Position numbers and translations under genes: made by a program. This document shows positions 27,702-41,713 of a DNA stretch of 64,000 bases, in pieces. This stretch comes from Takakia lepidozioides (lineage: Eukaryota > Plantae > Bryophyta). The DNA lies in NCBI GenBank assembly GCA_030704615.1, contig CM060731.1:73408001-73472000 (forward strand). Direction: 5' to 3'. The notes below the pieces were generated by a model. That model had not been told where the DNA came from and made no database searches. It saw only the letters and a program-made list of their open reading frames with translations. The first letter of the stretch is position 1. Each line of letters starts with the position of its first letter.

Positions 27702-30422
27702 TAAGGCTGAACTCACGATGTTGTTTCCTTTAACTATTAATAATAATAATAATAATAATACCAAATATAATGAGGGAAAAAATAACCTTGAAGATGTGAA
27801 GACATTTGTTCCACTCCTTGTTTTATTGGCTTTAATGGATGAGGACGTTACTGTTGGGACGAAGACGAAACAGTAGCTGGTACACCTTTAGTTATTTAAA
27901 GCTCTTTGTCTCTTATTAACAGCTAGTTTAGTTCAAGATTAGCACAGGTGGCTGCCCACTTGTCATGACAGATGGAGGAAATTTGGGGCACCAATGTTGT
28001 ATCGCCAGCTGGCTGGTTGGGCATCATAAGCACAACTTTGCAAAGCCTATTTCATGTAGTCTAGAGGCAATGGTCACAGATTTCCATGCTCGATCTTGCC
28101 TGATACTTTTAGTGCATATTTGAGCGTCAAACACAGCAAGACATCACAAAGTGATTTGCAGTCAAGAAGGTTGACAAGGTATTGATCAGGGATATATGGC
28201 ACTGAGACAATTCGGGGGCCCAACAGTTTCTTGTTACGATTACCCATTTTTTATGACTAGGGAAAAATGTTGACATTGAAACCCCTTAGATGAGGGTTGA
28301 AGGTGAGGACTTGTGAGGTCATCTCCTGAGTTTCGAGACAATCGAGAAGAACCCTCGACCTTTTGGCATGGTAGAATTGTTGTCTAATGGCCCAATCTCA
28401 TACATAAGCTATATCCATCTTTTTCCCAAGAAAAATGAATGAGAATACCTTTAGACTCTTCCAAGCAGGAGACGCGTGCGTTAAGACTAGGAATGTCCAT
28501 AGGGAGAGCTAAATAGTGAAGAACCTAAGAGGCACAAAGAGTGTGGACCTGCGAACGAAGAAGTCTAGAGTAATATCTGAGCATTCTCTATGGTAGCAGA
28601 GTTTAGTCTTGGTAGAGATCTTAACGTGTTTCCAGTTAATGTCTGATTTGTCGAATCTCGGGGATGCCGAAGAGGAGGGACTTGTGGTATTGCCATTGTA
28701 GTGGGACTTTCCCAGGCCATACACATGAGTCAGCCCCAGTGCAGCTGCATATGATCCCTTGCCATCCCCATGTGGATGTGAAAGCGTCGAGGAAGAAATG
28801 TTGACGTTTTGGAATCTTGTCGATGTTTGCACGCAGTTTAGCCGCAAATGGTAAGATCAAAGAAAACTCTAGTAAGCAATGTTGTAGCCGTGGAATTAGT
28901 ATTGTCTAGCATCCAATTGCAGCGTGCTTTCCATAGGTGTTGATCTCAATGCTTCAAACACTGGACACTTGCTGGATTTGGATTTTGACCTTTGATCATA
29001 ATTGAGGAGCAAGGCGACTCACTGGATTGGGAAATGATCCCACGTTTTGTGAAGAGATTGAACTAAAGGCCAAATGAGGAGGGGAGCCTGGCAGTGAATA
29101 TCCTTTTTTTATCAAAAAAGCTTAAAGAGCTGATGCTGCTTGAATCCGACCAAAGTACCGTCAAATTGCACGTTTGCATTAAGTTCTTACATTGTTCATG
29201 TTGTTTTTTGCATCAAATATATTCCAATCAAAATGAATATTGATCTCAGAAGTCGTCACTAGTAGTACGAGCAATGTGCAGTCCTAGTTATTATTTCCAT
29301 AGCGTAAACACATTATGTTTATGACATTTTTAACAACCAACACATTTAGGCGCCGGAAGGTAAGTGCACAATCCGCTTATATCGTTTCCGTTGCTCAGCA
29401 TTTAGTTTCTCTCTATTTAAAGCATACTTTCTCCGTCTTTTAGCATTAGTCGGTTCAAACCGCATGTTGGATGGCATAAAGGTGTCCACCTTCCTACCAG
29501 AAGGCAGTGGCCTTTTCGGAGTCAAGTGACACCATAAGCTTTTGCAACTTTTTTCACTTTTGGTTTTTCGACATTCTTAATATTGTCTGAAGCTATTCAA
29601 GTAGGGATGGTTACAATGATCAAAATTTAAATTTGTTTTTACAAATGAACGAATGAATAAAAATGTTTACTTATAGTACCACTATACTTGCACAAATATC
29701 ATGTTTAAATCAATGTTGATTAACATCTAAAGGTTGGGCTATTCAAGGCTTGAAATTCCACTACCGGGACTTGGGAGTGCCTTTTATATATATACCACCG
29801 TTGTCCGATAATTTTTATAATTTTATATTGAAACTAATTAACGGCATCACAATGTAAAGACAAGAAAATATTATATTTTCATTTTCTTGTATATGGTCAC
29901 ACGTAACCGACTCAACGGTAGTGATAAGGCAAGATTCTCCTTTTTCTCAATCTCCCTACTTGTCCCCTCTCTCAGTGCAACCTAGACTCTCAAAATCTCC
30001 ATTGAAAAATCTTTCGATGAAAGATAATTTCTCCCCCTTGGGCACAAAGAGTTATAAGTATTAATTTCATGTGAATTGTTTCATTAAAGAAGTGGAAGCA
30101 TGTTTTTTTTAGTTCTAGAAAATTCAGAAGAAGACTTTTATTCTGTGGCTCTCTTTCAGAACCTACATCATGCATATTGGCATGGATGAGCAATATTTTC
30201 CAAATGCAGATAGTAATCTACATTGATTACACCAAACGGATATCAAGTTACAAATCATCGAGCCTACATGATTGCTCTAACCAATTTGCTTCATTATTTT
30301 AAGGGTGTTATTGACCAAATATATCAAATCACAAGCTAAGTATTATACAGCAAAAAATCTAAACTATTGGTGAAAACCAACTCAAAAGAATAGTCGTGAG
30401 CTCTGCGAAAACAAGACCATAA

Positions 30423-31299
30423 ATGAAGAACGTCATATCTACTCATGTGAAACAATCAAGCTTGTCTAACTTTGCTATCCACATGCAAGCTGATCAAGAT
30501 GAACCTATGGATCCCAACTTTTGGAGCACCCTCCCTGACTACCTTATAGAAAAGATTTTGGCTCGTTTACCTCCAGCATCAATCTTTCGGTTTCAAATTA
30601 TTTGCAAGGCTTGGGGTGCCCTCATCAATGCCCATGGGTTTCACAACGTATGTAGGGATGTGCCCTCTAATGGTTCTTGGTTCTTTCTTTACACAAATCA
30701 TAATTATTATCGAGGTGTCACATTTGATCATTCTACTAACAAATGGCATCGCATTCCACAACTATTCAAAGGTGTACCTGGAGATGATTTTTTATCTCCT
30801 TATGCATCAAATGGAGGCTTGACATGTTTCATTTCAAAATTTGCAGCAAAAGGATGGATGAAAGTAGTCATGTGCAATCCTCTAACAAATTGTTGCCGTA
30901 GCCTACCGCCAATGCTTGAGATTATTTTGTTGAATGTTGTTGGTATTGTGGTTGACAAGCAATTGCAAACCTACAAGGTAACAGCCTATAAGTTGAACAT
31001 ATCACGATTTATCATATAGCCTTTATATATAATGCATCAGTATATCTTTCACACATGCTTTTATTTACCTCATAGAAGTTTGATCATAACTAAGTCTATA
31101 TATTAGATGTTAAATGATTGTGTATCCCTCATATTGTTTATTTAGTAATTGTAGCTTCGACTACAAATGACCATGAATGGAAGTTAAAAATCCGTTTGAT
31201 AGATTTAATATTATATACTTATAAGTTAAAGCAACTCTTCGAGGAATCATCTTGAATCTTACCATCTGCACAGTTGACTTGTTCGAAAACATCCATCAA

Positions 31300-31337
<38 letters not shown>

Positions 31338-34300
31338 CTTGTCTTGTTAGGACATGAATAAGACAAAACAGCCTTACAAAAGACAGCTTCTCATGTGGAG
31401 AATGGGGTGAGTGGTGGGCTTCTAGAAAAACCATGTCTTTTATAGACGTAAGAGAACAAATGTTGAACTCTTAGGATTTTTACTGTCTTTATATGACAGT
31501 ATTTAGCTAGTACCCAATCTCAAGTACAGCTTCCATAGTACTAACATACAATTCTCTGATACAGAGAAAAATAGCCTCTTTGCTGAAGTAAACATCAAGC
31601 TTACAAAACCCTGGTATAGCCTTCCTCTTTACCAAGGGCATGTGAGGGCTTCTAGAAGAACCAAAACTGTGTCTTTTAAAGCTTACAAGACAATGTTGAG
31701 AACCAAAATCATTTTGAGTATTCTTCAGTTTCTAGTTCTGAACAGTTTTCAATATCATTGAATGGCATGTTTTCAAGTGTTGTTCCCAATCCATACATAT
31801 TTCATAACTCAAATAGAGATGTCATCTTCACTAAAATATATAGCAAACTTTGAAACTATCCCTAGTATTGCTTCAAGTAAAGTCATAGGTAATATTTACC
31901 AAAAGTTTATCAATATCTTCTAGTATCATCTATCAGTCAAAAGATTGGAGTCACAGATATTTAGAATAAGAGCTCGTCTTCAAATCAGAAGCACAAATAT
32001 ATGCCATAAGAGAGTTTTTTTTTTGCAAGAATCTGTTGCGATGGAGCACATCCTTTCCAGAATTCATGTGTCTCATTGCATAAACCCATTTTGCACAAAC
32101 TGAAGAGCTTACAAATTATATGATAGATGGGAAACCCTCACCTACGCCATCCAAAAAACACAAACACCCAACAGAGTGGCAGATTAGTGAGGATGCGCAA
32201 GTGAGTATCAAGTCCCTATACATGCTATAGATGTCCGTCATGTAGCTCAAAACATTCATGAAAATGCAAAATTGTCATGAAGTCACCTTGCAAGTTTACG
32301 GTAGTTGCTATTGCAACATCGCAGACCGTTGTAGGTCAGCGAAAGACAAAAAAGGGAGAAGAAAAGGGGATCAAGGAATTGTTTATCCCCTGCCTTCTCA
32401 CACAACGTTCGTGGGCCTTTCTGTACATAACCTGAAATCAAGGAAAACTGTTTTGACAGTCAAAGCTGATCATCCGCTGGAGGTCATAATTGATCGCGAT
32501 TCTCACAACTATGAAACATTGAAACTATTTCAGTTACAATAGAGTCACTCAAAGTCATAAGTGCTCGACATTCCTGAAACCATGAATAATCGACACTCCC
32601 TGTTCGCTGTTACAAAATACTCCTCAGCACTACTTAGATCTATATAATATAATATCATTGTATCATTGTATAGAAGGTATTACCAGTTTTAGGGTTTACA
32701 ACCCTAATATAGTTTGTCATCTTTATCAACTTCCCCCCCCCTATAACCAGTTTAGAAAGCAAGGTGGATCTAATCAAGGGAATTTCAAATGTAAAGCCCC
32801 CAAGGAATAAAGACCAGAGAAAGAGAGAGATGACTCCGGCCATAGACGTCAACGTAATTTAGAGCCACTTCGCCTTATAAATTCGGCTTACATCAAAGTA
32901 CATGATCTTAAGACTACCTACAAACAGACATATTTGGAGACATGTTTTTAAAATAAGATTTTTAGGAATATTGTGTGAAACCTCTCGTAATGTTTCAAAA
33001 AGGTCTATCCAGACTTTAATTATATGAAAATGCATTCCAGCCAAATCATTTTCATGTTCACAATAACCCTTTACACTCTCTTGATTTTTTGTTGTACATA
33101 TGAACAGTATCTACAAATTGATTGCAGGTAGTTGTGTCAGGGATCCATCGTATAATAGATGTGCCACAAGAGAGAGGTCAACCCGAGGTCTTTCGGCTTC
33201 AATCAACAACAGAGGTCTACGACTCTGCCACCAATTGCTGGAAAACAACTAATTCCATTCCCCCGGGGGATTATCGTTCTTTTGCAATTTATTGTAATGG
33301 AAACTTGTATGCTTGGTGTTATGTATCAGACACTTTGGTTGAATATGACATGACCACCGGGGTTTGGACCCAAATCCTTGCACAAAAGCTTAGGTCATTT
33401 CAAGTGAGGATGCACATAACCTTGTAACCTTTGCTACATGAGAATTCATGTTTTATATATAGGAGTACGTACCATATTTCACATATACAAAGGAAACTTG
33501 AAAGTGATATAGGCCGATTGTCATATGATATATACATAACATCATGGATTGTAGTCGAAAGATTGAGTGCATAGGGTAATCAAGATGATCAAACTACTAT
33601 TATAATGCAATATCACTTATAATGCACAAAATGTCATTGCCCTCGTTATATTCCAAAACCAAAAGACAACTACTTGAAGGTTGTTTTGAAGGTTGTTTTA
33701 TATGACAACTTATCATACATCAACAGACTTCAATGTACATTAATAGGCTTTGATATTTTAATTAGGAAATTCTACAAAGACTTTGGATCTCTTTGATTCT
33801 TAATCCGACCAAAGCACATTGCAAACGATGCATCACATCTTTAAAAAAAAATTAACTGAACTTGTTGAGATTGCTTTGCTCTGTAAAACATAAGATAGTA
33901 CGTGGGACGTAAACTTGTCATCTACGCAATGAAATGTTTTACATGCATAAATGCATTGCATATTTTAGGCCTATAAGTATCGTTGTCAATATTGATGTTT
34001 GTGGCATAGAACTGATCATAAAATGATGTATTTGGGTTGCTATCATTTTTCATATACTAATCATCAGGATGCAATAATGGATGTAGTGCTACAAGCTTGT
34101 GGACTGTGGAGGACGCTTGCTAATGGTAGGAGGGATAAAAAGAAAGAATATCATCAAAAGCATATGTTTACTAGAATTCCAAAGGGAGAGAAAGGATCAG
34201 TGGGTGAAGATGGACTGCATGCCTAGTCTACTATGTGAACAACTCCTCAACTATGGAGCCGACATACGATGTCTTGGATACAGTAACATGATCTTGCTCT

Positions 34301-34446
34301 ATGTCGTTCAACACCGACAGATGAAGTTGGTTGTTATGTGTGATTTGAGGAACAAAAGATGGTGGCGGGTGCCTCGGTGCCCCTTGTCTGAGGATGAATT
34401 AGTACATGGAGTTGCATTTGAGCCACGAGTTGACGTAATGGTCTAG
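30423..34446 (+). CDS. F-box/kelch-like (beta-propeller) protein, 3 exons
   Basis: F-box WSTLPDYLIEKILARLPPASIFRFQIICKAW; ASNGGLTCF, VMCNPLTNCCRSLPPM. Exons about 30423-30977, 33128-33403 (TEVYDSATNCW…CNGNLYAW) and 34087-34446 (CYKLVDCGGRLLMVGG…AFEPRVD). Confidence 0.88.
31302..31336. repeat. (TA)n microsatellite
   Basis: Perfect TA run in F-box intron 1. Confidence 0.95.
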
Positions 34447-35396
34447 CTCTTGGACTTTTATATAAATTCTATGGCGCATGTTCTTGATAGTTTGACAAGA
34501 AATTTTTGTAAGGTGATAAGCAGCTAAGCTTTAACGAAGTGTTATACGTAAGTTTTCCGTTAGTCTATATAGATCTTACAATTGATGTATCATTTTATAA
34601 TAAGTTCGCCATTTATTTTCTTATTTTGATGTTTAATTAATGGACACCTTCCATCCTCAAAATAGACTTAGATCCTCAATCCGAAAGAATTTGATTTGGA
34701 TGGCACAATTTTCTGATGTTCAATGTACAAATATGAATGCGTTGTCAAAGCAAGCGTTATAACTTATGATGTCACTTGACTCCAACGGGTTGTACTGCCT
34801 TCCGTCGGGAAGGTGGACACCTTTATGACATGGACAACATGTGGTTTGAACCTTTCTTCCCTTGCCACCAGGCTAAATGTTGGTTGTCAAGACTCCTAGC
34901 TAGTACTATTGCAATAGTGTGGTTGTTGATAGCAAGCAATTCCACTCAATTAGAGTATTGAATTTGGTATTGGGAGAGATAGACCATCTCCCAACTCTCG
35001 CTTCAGACTGGTCTCTCATGCTATCCAACCTAAAAATTGTTTGGTTACATACTCTCTCTTTGCTTGACTTACCTTTTGACCTAGTGGATGACACCGGCCT
35101 CAAATGGTGCCCTTTTTTTGATACTATGCTAGATTTGGGATACTCTTGTATCTTGAATAGCTCAATCCCTAGAAGTGGTTGGCCAAATGGTCCCACCTTC
35201 TCGCGATTTCAACAAAGTGTGAGCCCTACCCTCGCATAGTTATGAATTGGTTGTGAAATGATTGACAAAATAATTCGGGAGATTAAATGCTAGGAAAATT
35301 GTGGTCGATCCAATATGCTTCTTCTGTTCTAGACAAATAATGTTGCGTGGTTGCAATAATCCATAGTAATGTGGCCTCTACTTTGGAGGACATAAT

Positions 35397-35632
35397 CTAG
35401 TGCCATTTTTATATTAGAGACAAACCCAATCTGCTACTTTTCATGAATTTTTCAATGGCAAAAGGTACTTGAAATTCAATATCTCCCATAGGGCCCAAAT
35501 CCAAAAATTATGAAACTGCCTCGATGAGGGTTTTCTAGCGGTATCAAGACCACGGACGGAGGCCTTACGGTTTGGGAGATCTCAACGATGCTACAAGACA
35601 AAACAAACAAACTACCTCACTTGATATATTGA
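35397..35632 (-). mobile_element. Possible non-autonomous Helitron-like fragment
   Basis: Minus strand begins A|TCAATATATC… followed by a GTTT microsatellite and ends …CACTAG. No clear 3' hairpin, and the next base is not T. Confidence 0.25.
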
Positions 35633-38132
35633 TATTATCTAACTGAAAATTATGATCAGTTATCGCAGATTCTTTGAATGTAAGATGCCAGAAGTGGAAG
35701 ATGGAAATGGTGATTTGTCATGAATGATTAGATTCATTGTTAGATTTATGAAGATTGATATTAAAATATCCTATAAAATTGTTGGGCGAAATCTTGGTGC
35801 TTTATTGTATAAAAAATATAATACATCTAAAATGTTATGAAAAAAAATTAAAAGAAATTTGTTGAGTTATCTCGACCTGCTATACAAACATTCTTACTTG
35901 AGTCACTACTAATTGAAGCTAATTGACCAAAATTAGCTGAGATAACTATATCATAATTGGATGCTCAACTTAATTATCTTCAGTTGATATTTTGGTACTT
36001 TGACTTAAATCATTGCTACTTAATACTAGTAAGGATCATTTGACTTCAGATCCGTTAAATGTCAAAATTTTAATGAACACATTTTATTTTTCAAAAAATA
36101 ATTATATTGAAAAACTAAAAGAGTAAATTTATTACGTTACATATAAAATAATTTTGAGAAACTAACACAATGTTTATGATTCATTATTGAAACCATAATT
36201 TATGTATAAATATATTATTACAATATTAATAATATTCTATTAGACAAATTGCAGCTAAAAAATTGATAAATAAAGTTTAATATGTAATCATTGATGAGCT
36301 TATGAAGCTTTTGATTTGTCATTTCGGCAAATACCAAGTGACCCTTGCTGATAGCCGATTGCTTATAGTTGATGGCAAATTGCTTATAGCTGATGATAAA
36401 TTGGTTAAGACTTATGGCAGGAACTTGAACTTAGATCAATCAAGGTAGTCAAGAAGCACTTTGGATCAACACTAAAACGAAACTTTCAATTTAAGGACTA
36501 CATTATTAGCAAGGAACTGGTGTAGAATAATTGATTAAACTCACTTATAAGATAAGCATGTATGCTATAATTTATGTTCCAGTCTTTCATATGTGTGACC
36601 CAAAACCCAATAAAAAAGCAAAGAAAAAAAAACAAAGAGACATACGTATATGCTTGCTCATACGCCTCACTAGCGGGCCAAGGTGGGCACCACATTCGTG
36701 AGAACAACCACTCGTGAACTTCACAGAGCATCACTCCTGCAACGTTCCTTCACATGCCAACAAACATATTTTTCCTAAGATACTTAAACCCCTCACAAAG
36801 TGAGTGTCTGTTCCCCTTTGTTCCACCCAAACTAGGAGCCTCTATGGCCACAAGGCTATAGTAAACAACATCTCATGAGTACATTCTTGATGGCAAACAA
36901 CGCCTTATGAGTACATTTTCTCTTGGACTATGTGCAGTCCAATGGTGTGCAACCAGGCAAACAGCATTTCCAAGCTCACCTTCAAATATGTGTCACTAAT
37001 CTCAGAGTCAGTGAGGTCACCCTTCGTCTGAACACATTTCACGTACGAGGGAACAAAAAAGAAGTGTGCATTTTCCTTATCCAAGGGCGAAAACTTGAGT
37101 CCAGAAATAAATTGTAGATTTTAGTCTGCTCTCCCACATCATCCCACCGTCCCAACGAAGAAAAAGTCTTTAACCAAAGTATGCTGAAACAAAATTATGA
37201 CAAATGGAGTCCATTTGCTCTTTTCTCTCTATAGGTTATATTGTGGAGATTCATGAAACCTAAGAAGAATCAGAGAAATACACAGACATGCAGGCAGCTA
37301 GCGAGAGAGTCCAGAAAGGAACAAAGTCAGAAAGAGATGTACAAAACAAAGAGAGGAAAATGAATTTGGTTAGAGGGAGGGAGGCCAAATGTGTTTCCCG
37401 GTAGGTGGATTTACAACACCAGGTGTATCACATGTTGTGACTTGAGCTGAAAGGGATCTAGTTTATCACTGGCCTAACTTATATCTGGGCAAAGCCACAA
37501 AGTTCTTAGTGCTGGTCCAGGAACCATTCACAAATCCTTGAAGGCGAGATCCGGGGTGAAAGCTACACTTTGCTTAGCGCTCGGGTTGATGGTGTGGTCA
37601 CAGCCTCCAAGAAGCTCTTTCAGACCGTCAATCTCATCCACCTCGTACACATAAATTTGGAGTGAGAGATGGGTTGTAACCTCGCTGTGGCCATCCTTGG
37701 TCCAATACCCAAACACACCGGTTAGGCTCCCATAATACTTGTAGATCCCACTCCTTTGGAATAGCGAGCCCTCCTCGTAGCTCTGTTCCCGATCACAGTC
37801 ACAAGGCACCCCTGGACCCTCACCAAGTAGCCGTGTACCAGCCATATTCACTTCAAATCCTCATCAATGATGTAAACCTGTACAGCTTTATTTAAAGGAA
37901 ACATGAGGTATTTGAACATATGATAGAAAAACCCCAAAACCTGGGAAAGAACAAGGGAAGGAGGAAAGGGAAGCAAACTAAACTAAACTATTATTATCAG
38001 TCCTCATTTGGTCTGGAACTAAACTAGGTACCCTAAAAAAACTCACTTCATGCCGCGTTCCAAAATGGATGTGACAATGGATGCATGGATAACATTTATG
38101 TAGGGGTGATGCACTGTAACTATGTTCTGTAG

Positions 38133-38423
38133 GCAAAGGTAGCAATGGTGCCTAGTGCTGCAGCCCTGGTGATCAAGGCTCTGGAGGAGCCAGAGCGGGA
38201 TTGGAAGAAGACAAAGAACATCAAGCACAATGGCAATATTTCTCTTGATGATGTGATTGAGATTGCTAAGATTATGGCTCCAAGGTCCATGGCCAAGCAA
38301 TTGGCTGGCACTGTGAAGGAGATTTTGGGGACATGTGTGTCGGTAGGTTGTACCGTTGATGGAAAGGACCCTAAAGATCTTCAAGCCGAAATCGATGAAT
38401 GGGTGGTCGAGATTCCAGAGTAA
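38133..38423 (+). pseudogene. RPL12: 60S ribosomal protein L12 (uL11) orphan last exon
   Basis: [79 protein letters not shown], preceded by an AG acceptor. No N-terminal exon found upstream. Unusual substitutions (K>E, R>W, G>W). Confidence 0.8.
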
Positions 38424-41400
38424 GGGGCAGTTTAGTTTTAACCTTCATTACTTCAAAAATGTTGACAGAGCAAGGAATTTTGGGCCAGCGTAGTGAAATG
38501 AGCAACGAGCTCTCCAAGTCTGCCACACTGTATGGGCACGGAGAGCGGCCCAGACTAGGCAAGTGCTCCAAAGATAACCATTGTAAAAGTTGAGGAGAAG
38601 TACAGATGGGGAGATAGTAATATGGGAAGTCCAATCAGAGTGGAACAGAAGAATGCATCTCCAAACATTACTTGCCCATGGACAAGTAATGATATGATGT
38701 TCAATAGATTCCTCATGACCTGCAGCACATATCTCACAAAGAGGTCGTGTAGCTTTGATGAAGATCACAACCGGTAGAATCCTGTTAACTAATTTCCATA
38801 GGAAGCTGCTGATCTTGGCTGCTCTACCTTGCCGCCAAACATCTGACCAAACAGAGGTCCAAATGACTGGGCAGTCCTGAATATGAGCCCATTTATCGTC
38901 CATTCTTTGTCCATGGAGATTGCAGGTGCAGAAGCGAGTAACCAGTCTTAACGGTATAAGCAAAGAAACGGTCTGTGTTTCCTATTTCTCCAGATCCCAT
39001 TCACCTGGGTTGAACTGAAGAACTGAAGAAGGGCCAAAGTGGCCAGCATAAACCAGTGAAATGGAAGGATGTGTATAGGAAGTCAGTAGGAGGTGCAGGG
39101 TTTACCATTCCTGTGGCTGAACAGAAAATTCTAATTGCATATAAAAGGGATTCTTCAAATGACTCGAGCACAGAAGAGTGAAGAGCACCAGAAGAGGCAG
39201 CCAAGAATTTCCATCCAGAAAGCTTATTTCCTATTTTCGAAGTGGCATAGAAAGCTACTCTAGAATCAGGCAAATCTGTCCCAAGCTACATTGGGAGTTC
39301 TCAAATTGCTGGGGTAAGAAAGAGAGAGATCCACAAAACAAGGAGATTACTAGATACCTCATCCCAGCGACAGCCGTATCCCGGAGAGACCATGAGTTGC
39401 TTCATGAAGTGATAACAAAGAGCCATTTTGCCACATGTGGGAGAAGTGAGAAATACCAGCTGCTTAGATGGGCCTCGACATAGGAGACGCACTTGGATAC
39501 GTAGGAAATTGCACGTGGACTTAGATTTCAATTCTTCACACATGGGCCAACGACATATGCTACAGAGGTCGCACTTGGGCCTCGACATAGGAGACGCATT
39601 GGGAGACATAGGAAATTGCACTTGGTCTTAGATTTCAACTCTTTATACATGGGCCAAAGGCACATGCTACCCTAGAGGTCGCACTTGGGCCTCAACATAG
39701 GAGACGCACTGGGATACATAAAAGATCTTACACTTGGACTTAGATGACACTGGACACTTGGGCCAATGGAAATTCCCGAAAAATAGAAAGTGGGCTTTCC
39801 TGGGAGCCTCGATGGGAGATATATCAATAATGAATGGATATATTACTACTCAATAAATTAATGGAAAAAAATAAATGGGCCTTGACATGGGAGACGTACT
39901 TGGATACATAGGAGATTGCACTTGGCAAGTTATATGACACTGGATACTTGGGCCTCTACATGGGAGATGCACTTGGATACATAAAATAGAATATTGCACT
40001 TGAGCTTAGATGGGCCTCGACATAGGAGACGCACTTGGATACGTAGGAAATTGCACATGGACTTAGATTTCAATTCTTCACACATGGGTCAACGGCATAA
40101 GCTACACTAGAGGTCGCACTTGGGCCTCGGACATAGGAGACGAATTGGGATACATAGGAAAGTGCACTTGGTCTTAGATTTCAACTCTTCATACATGGGC
40201 CAAAGGCACATGCTACCCTAGAGGTCGCACTTGGGAGACGCACCGGGATACATAGAAGATCTTACACTTGGACTTAGATGGTTCCAGAGTCTCGGTTATA
40301 ATTACCAAAGAGAGGTTGACGGAGAGCTTCTTCAGCAATGGAAGGGACAGGTTGGGAAAAAACAGGGCAGATTCTAATCCAGAGCTGGACCAGATGGACT
40401 TCCATGCTTCTGAACCCACTTCAGGGTTGGCATTTGATTTCCCTCCTTGTATAACCCAACAAAGGGAAGGAGGCCAGATAGAACTGGACTGAGGTAAGGC
40501 ATAGAGAAGGTTCTGACTAGTAGACTCCATGGATGATGTGCGTAATAATTGCGTAAAATTATGGGCACCTACTTTGCCAATAAAGCGCAGATTTGAGTTT
40601 CTGGATCCATAATCCCTAGGCCCCCAAACTTCTTTTTTTGGGTGATTTGTGACCAAGAAACCGGGGCGGTGTTTGACACGTTTGGAATTGTCAGCCCCCC
40701 TAATGAAATTCCTAACAAGGGCCTTGACTTGCTTAATGACAATAGAGCCAGGAGACCACACTGAGGTAATGATCCAAAAGGATGCCAGAAGCACTTGATT
40801 GACAATCAGGGCTTTCCCTGCTATTGTTAGGAAGATCGAACTCCAGTATGACAACTTACGTTTTTGAGTTTCGTGATAACAACATCACAATGTTGTTGTG
40901 GATCTAGATCATGTCCTACTTGGTGTCCTAAAAGGACTTGAGAGTGGCCATCCGGGAGCCATTGAAGTCCCAGATCCGTTCCCCATGGGAGGCAATGAGA
41001 GGCTGAATCCGGCTGTTTCAATCTGGTCAAGAGTCCAATGGATTTATACCAGTTAACTTTAAGGCCTGAGGCCTCACAGAAGCATGTCAGAGCCTGTAAG
41101 GTATTATTGACATTAGAGATGGGGCTATTATCCATAAGCAAGACCATGTCATTCGCATAAAGAGAGGATTTAATGTTGTAATGAGGATGAATACCGTGAG
41201 GATATTTTAGACCTGTGATATCTTGTCGCTTGTCCAAGAGATGCCCTAGACCATCTCCTGCTATAAGGAAGAGGAAGGGGGCTAATGGGCATCCTTGTCT
41301 AAGAGATCGAAAGAGAGGTAAAGAATGAGAGATCGTCCCATTAATGATGACCCTACTAGAAGCGGAGGAAGATTCTGATCCAGGCCAGGAAGCTTCCAGA

Positions 41401-41713
41401 GATTCCACACCTTTTGAGAGCTTCTAACAAATACTCCCAGTATTATTGTCAAAAGTTGTTTCGAAGTCGAGCATCAGCAAGGCAAGAGGTTGACTTGATT
41501 CAAACGCATGGTGAAGGGCTTCATTTGCATGGAGTATGTTGTCTAAGATCATTCGGTCTTTCAGAAATCCGGTTTGTTTAGGTCGAATAATTTTGGATAA
41601 CAACGGCTGAAGCTTGAGAGCCAAGGATTTGGCGATAATCTTATACGTTGAGTTTAGCAGTGTGATAGGTCTATAATTAGATAACACCTCTGAGAGTAAT
41701 GACTCCTTGGGGC
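38424..41713 (-). mobile_element. Decayed L1-clade LINE, 3' part (RT plus zf-RVT)
   Basis: NYRPITLLNSTYKIIAK…QTGFLKDRMILDNI, LRQGCPLAPFLF, SLYANDM, GGLGI, KISSFLWK…CEICAAGHEESIEHHIITCPW. Many frameshifts and stops. Confidence 0.9.
39463..40281. repeat. Complex satellite-like tandem repeat inserted in the LINE
   Basis: Recurrent GGGCCTCGACATAGGAGACGCACTTGGATACATAGGAAATTGCAC; about 108-bp subunits with a 542-bp higher-order period (39462 vs 40004). Bounded by CTTAGATGG at both ends. Confidence 0.85.

Noticed and set aside
41711-41713. 3-bp TSD (GGC) for the LTR element
   Set aside because: A perfect 3-bp match exists, but only a 4-bp overlap restores the interrupted LINE frame. It remains an alternative until other copies are examined.
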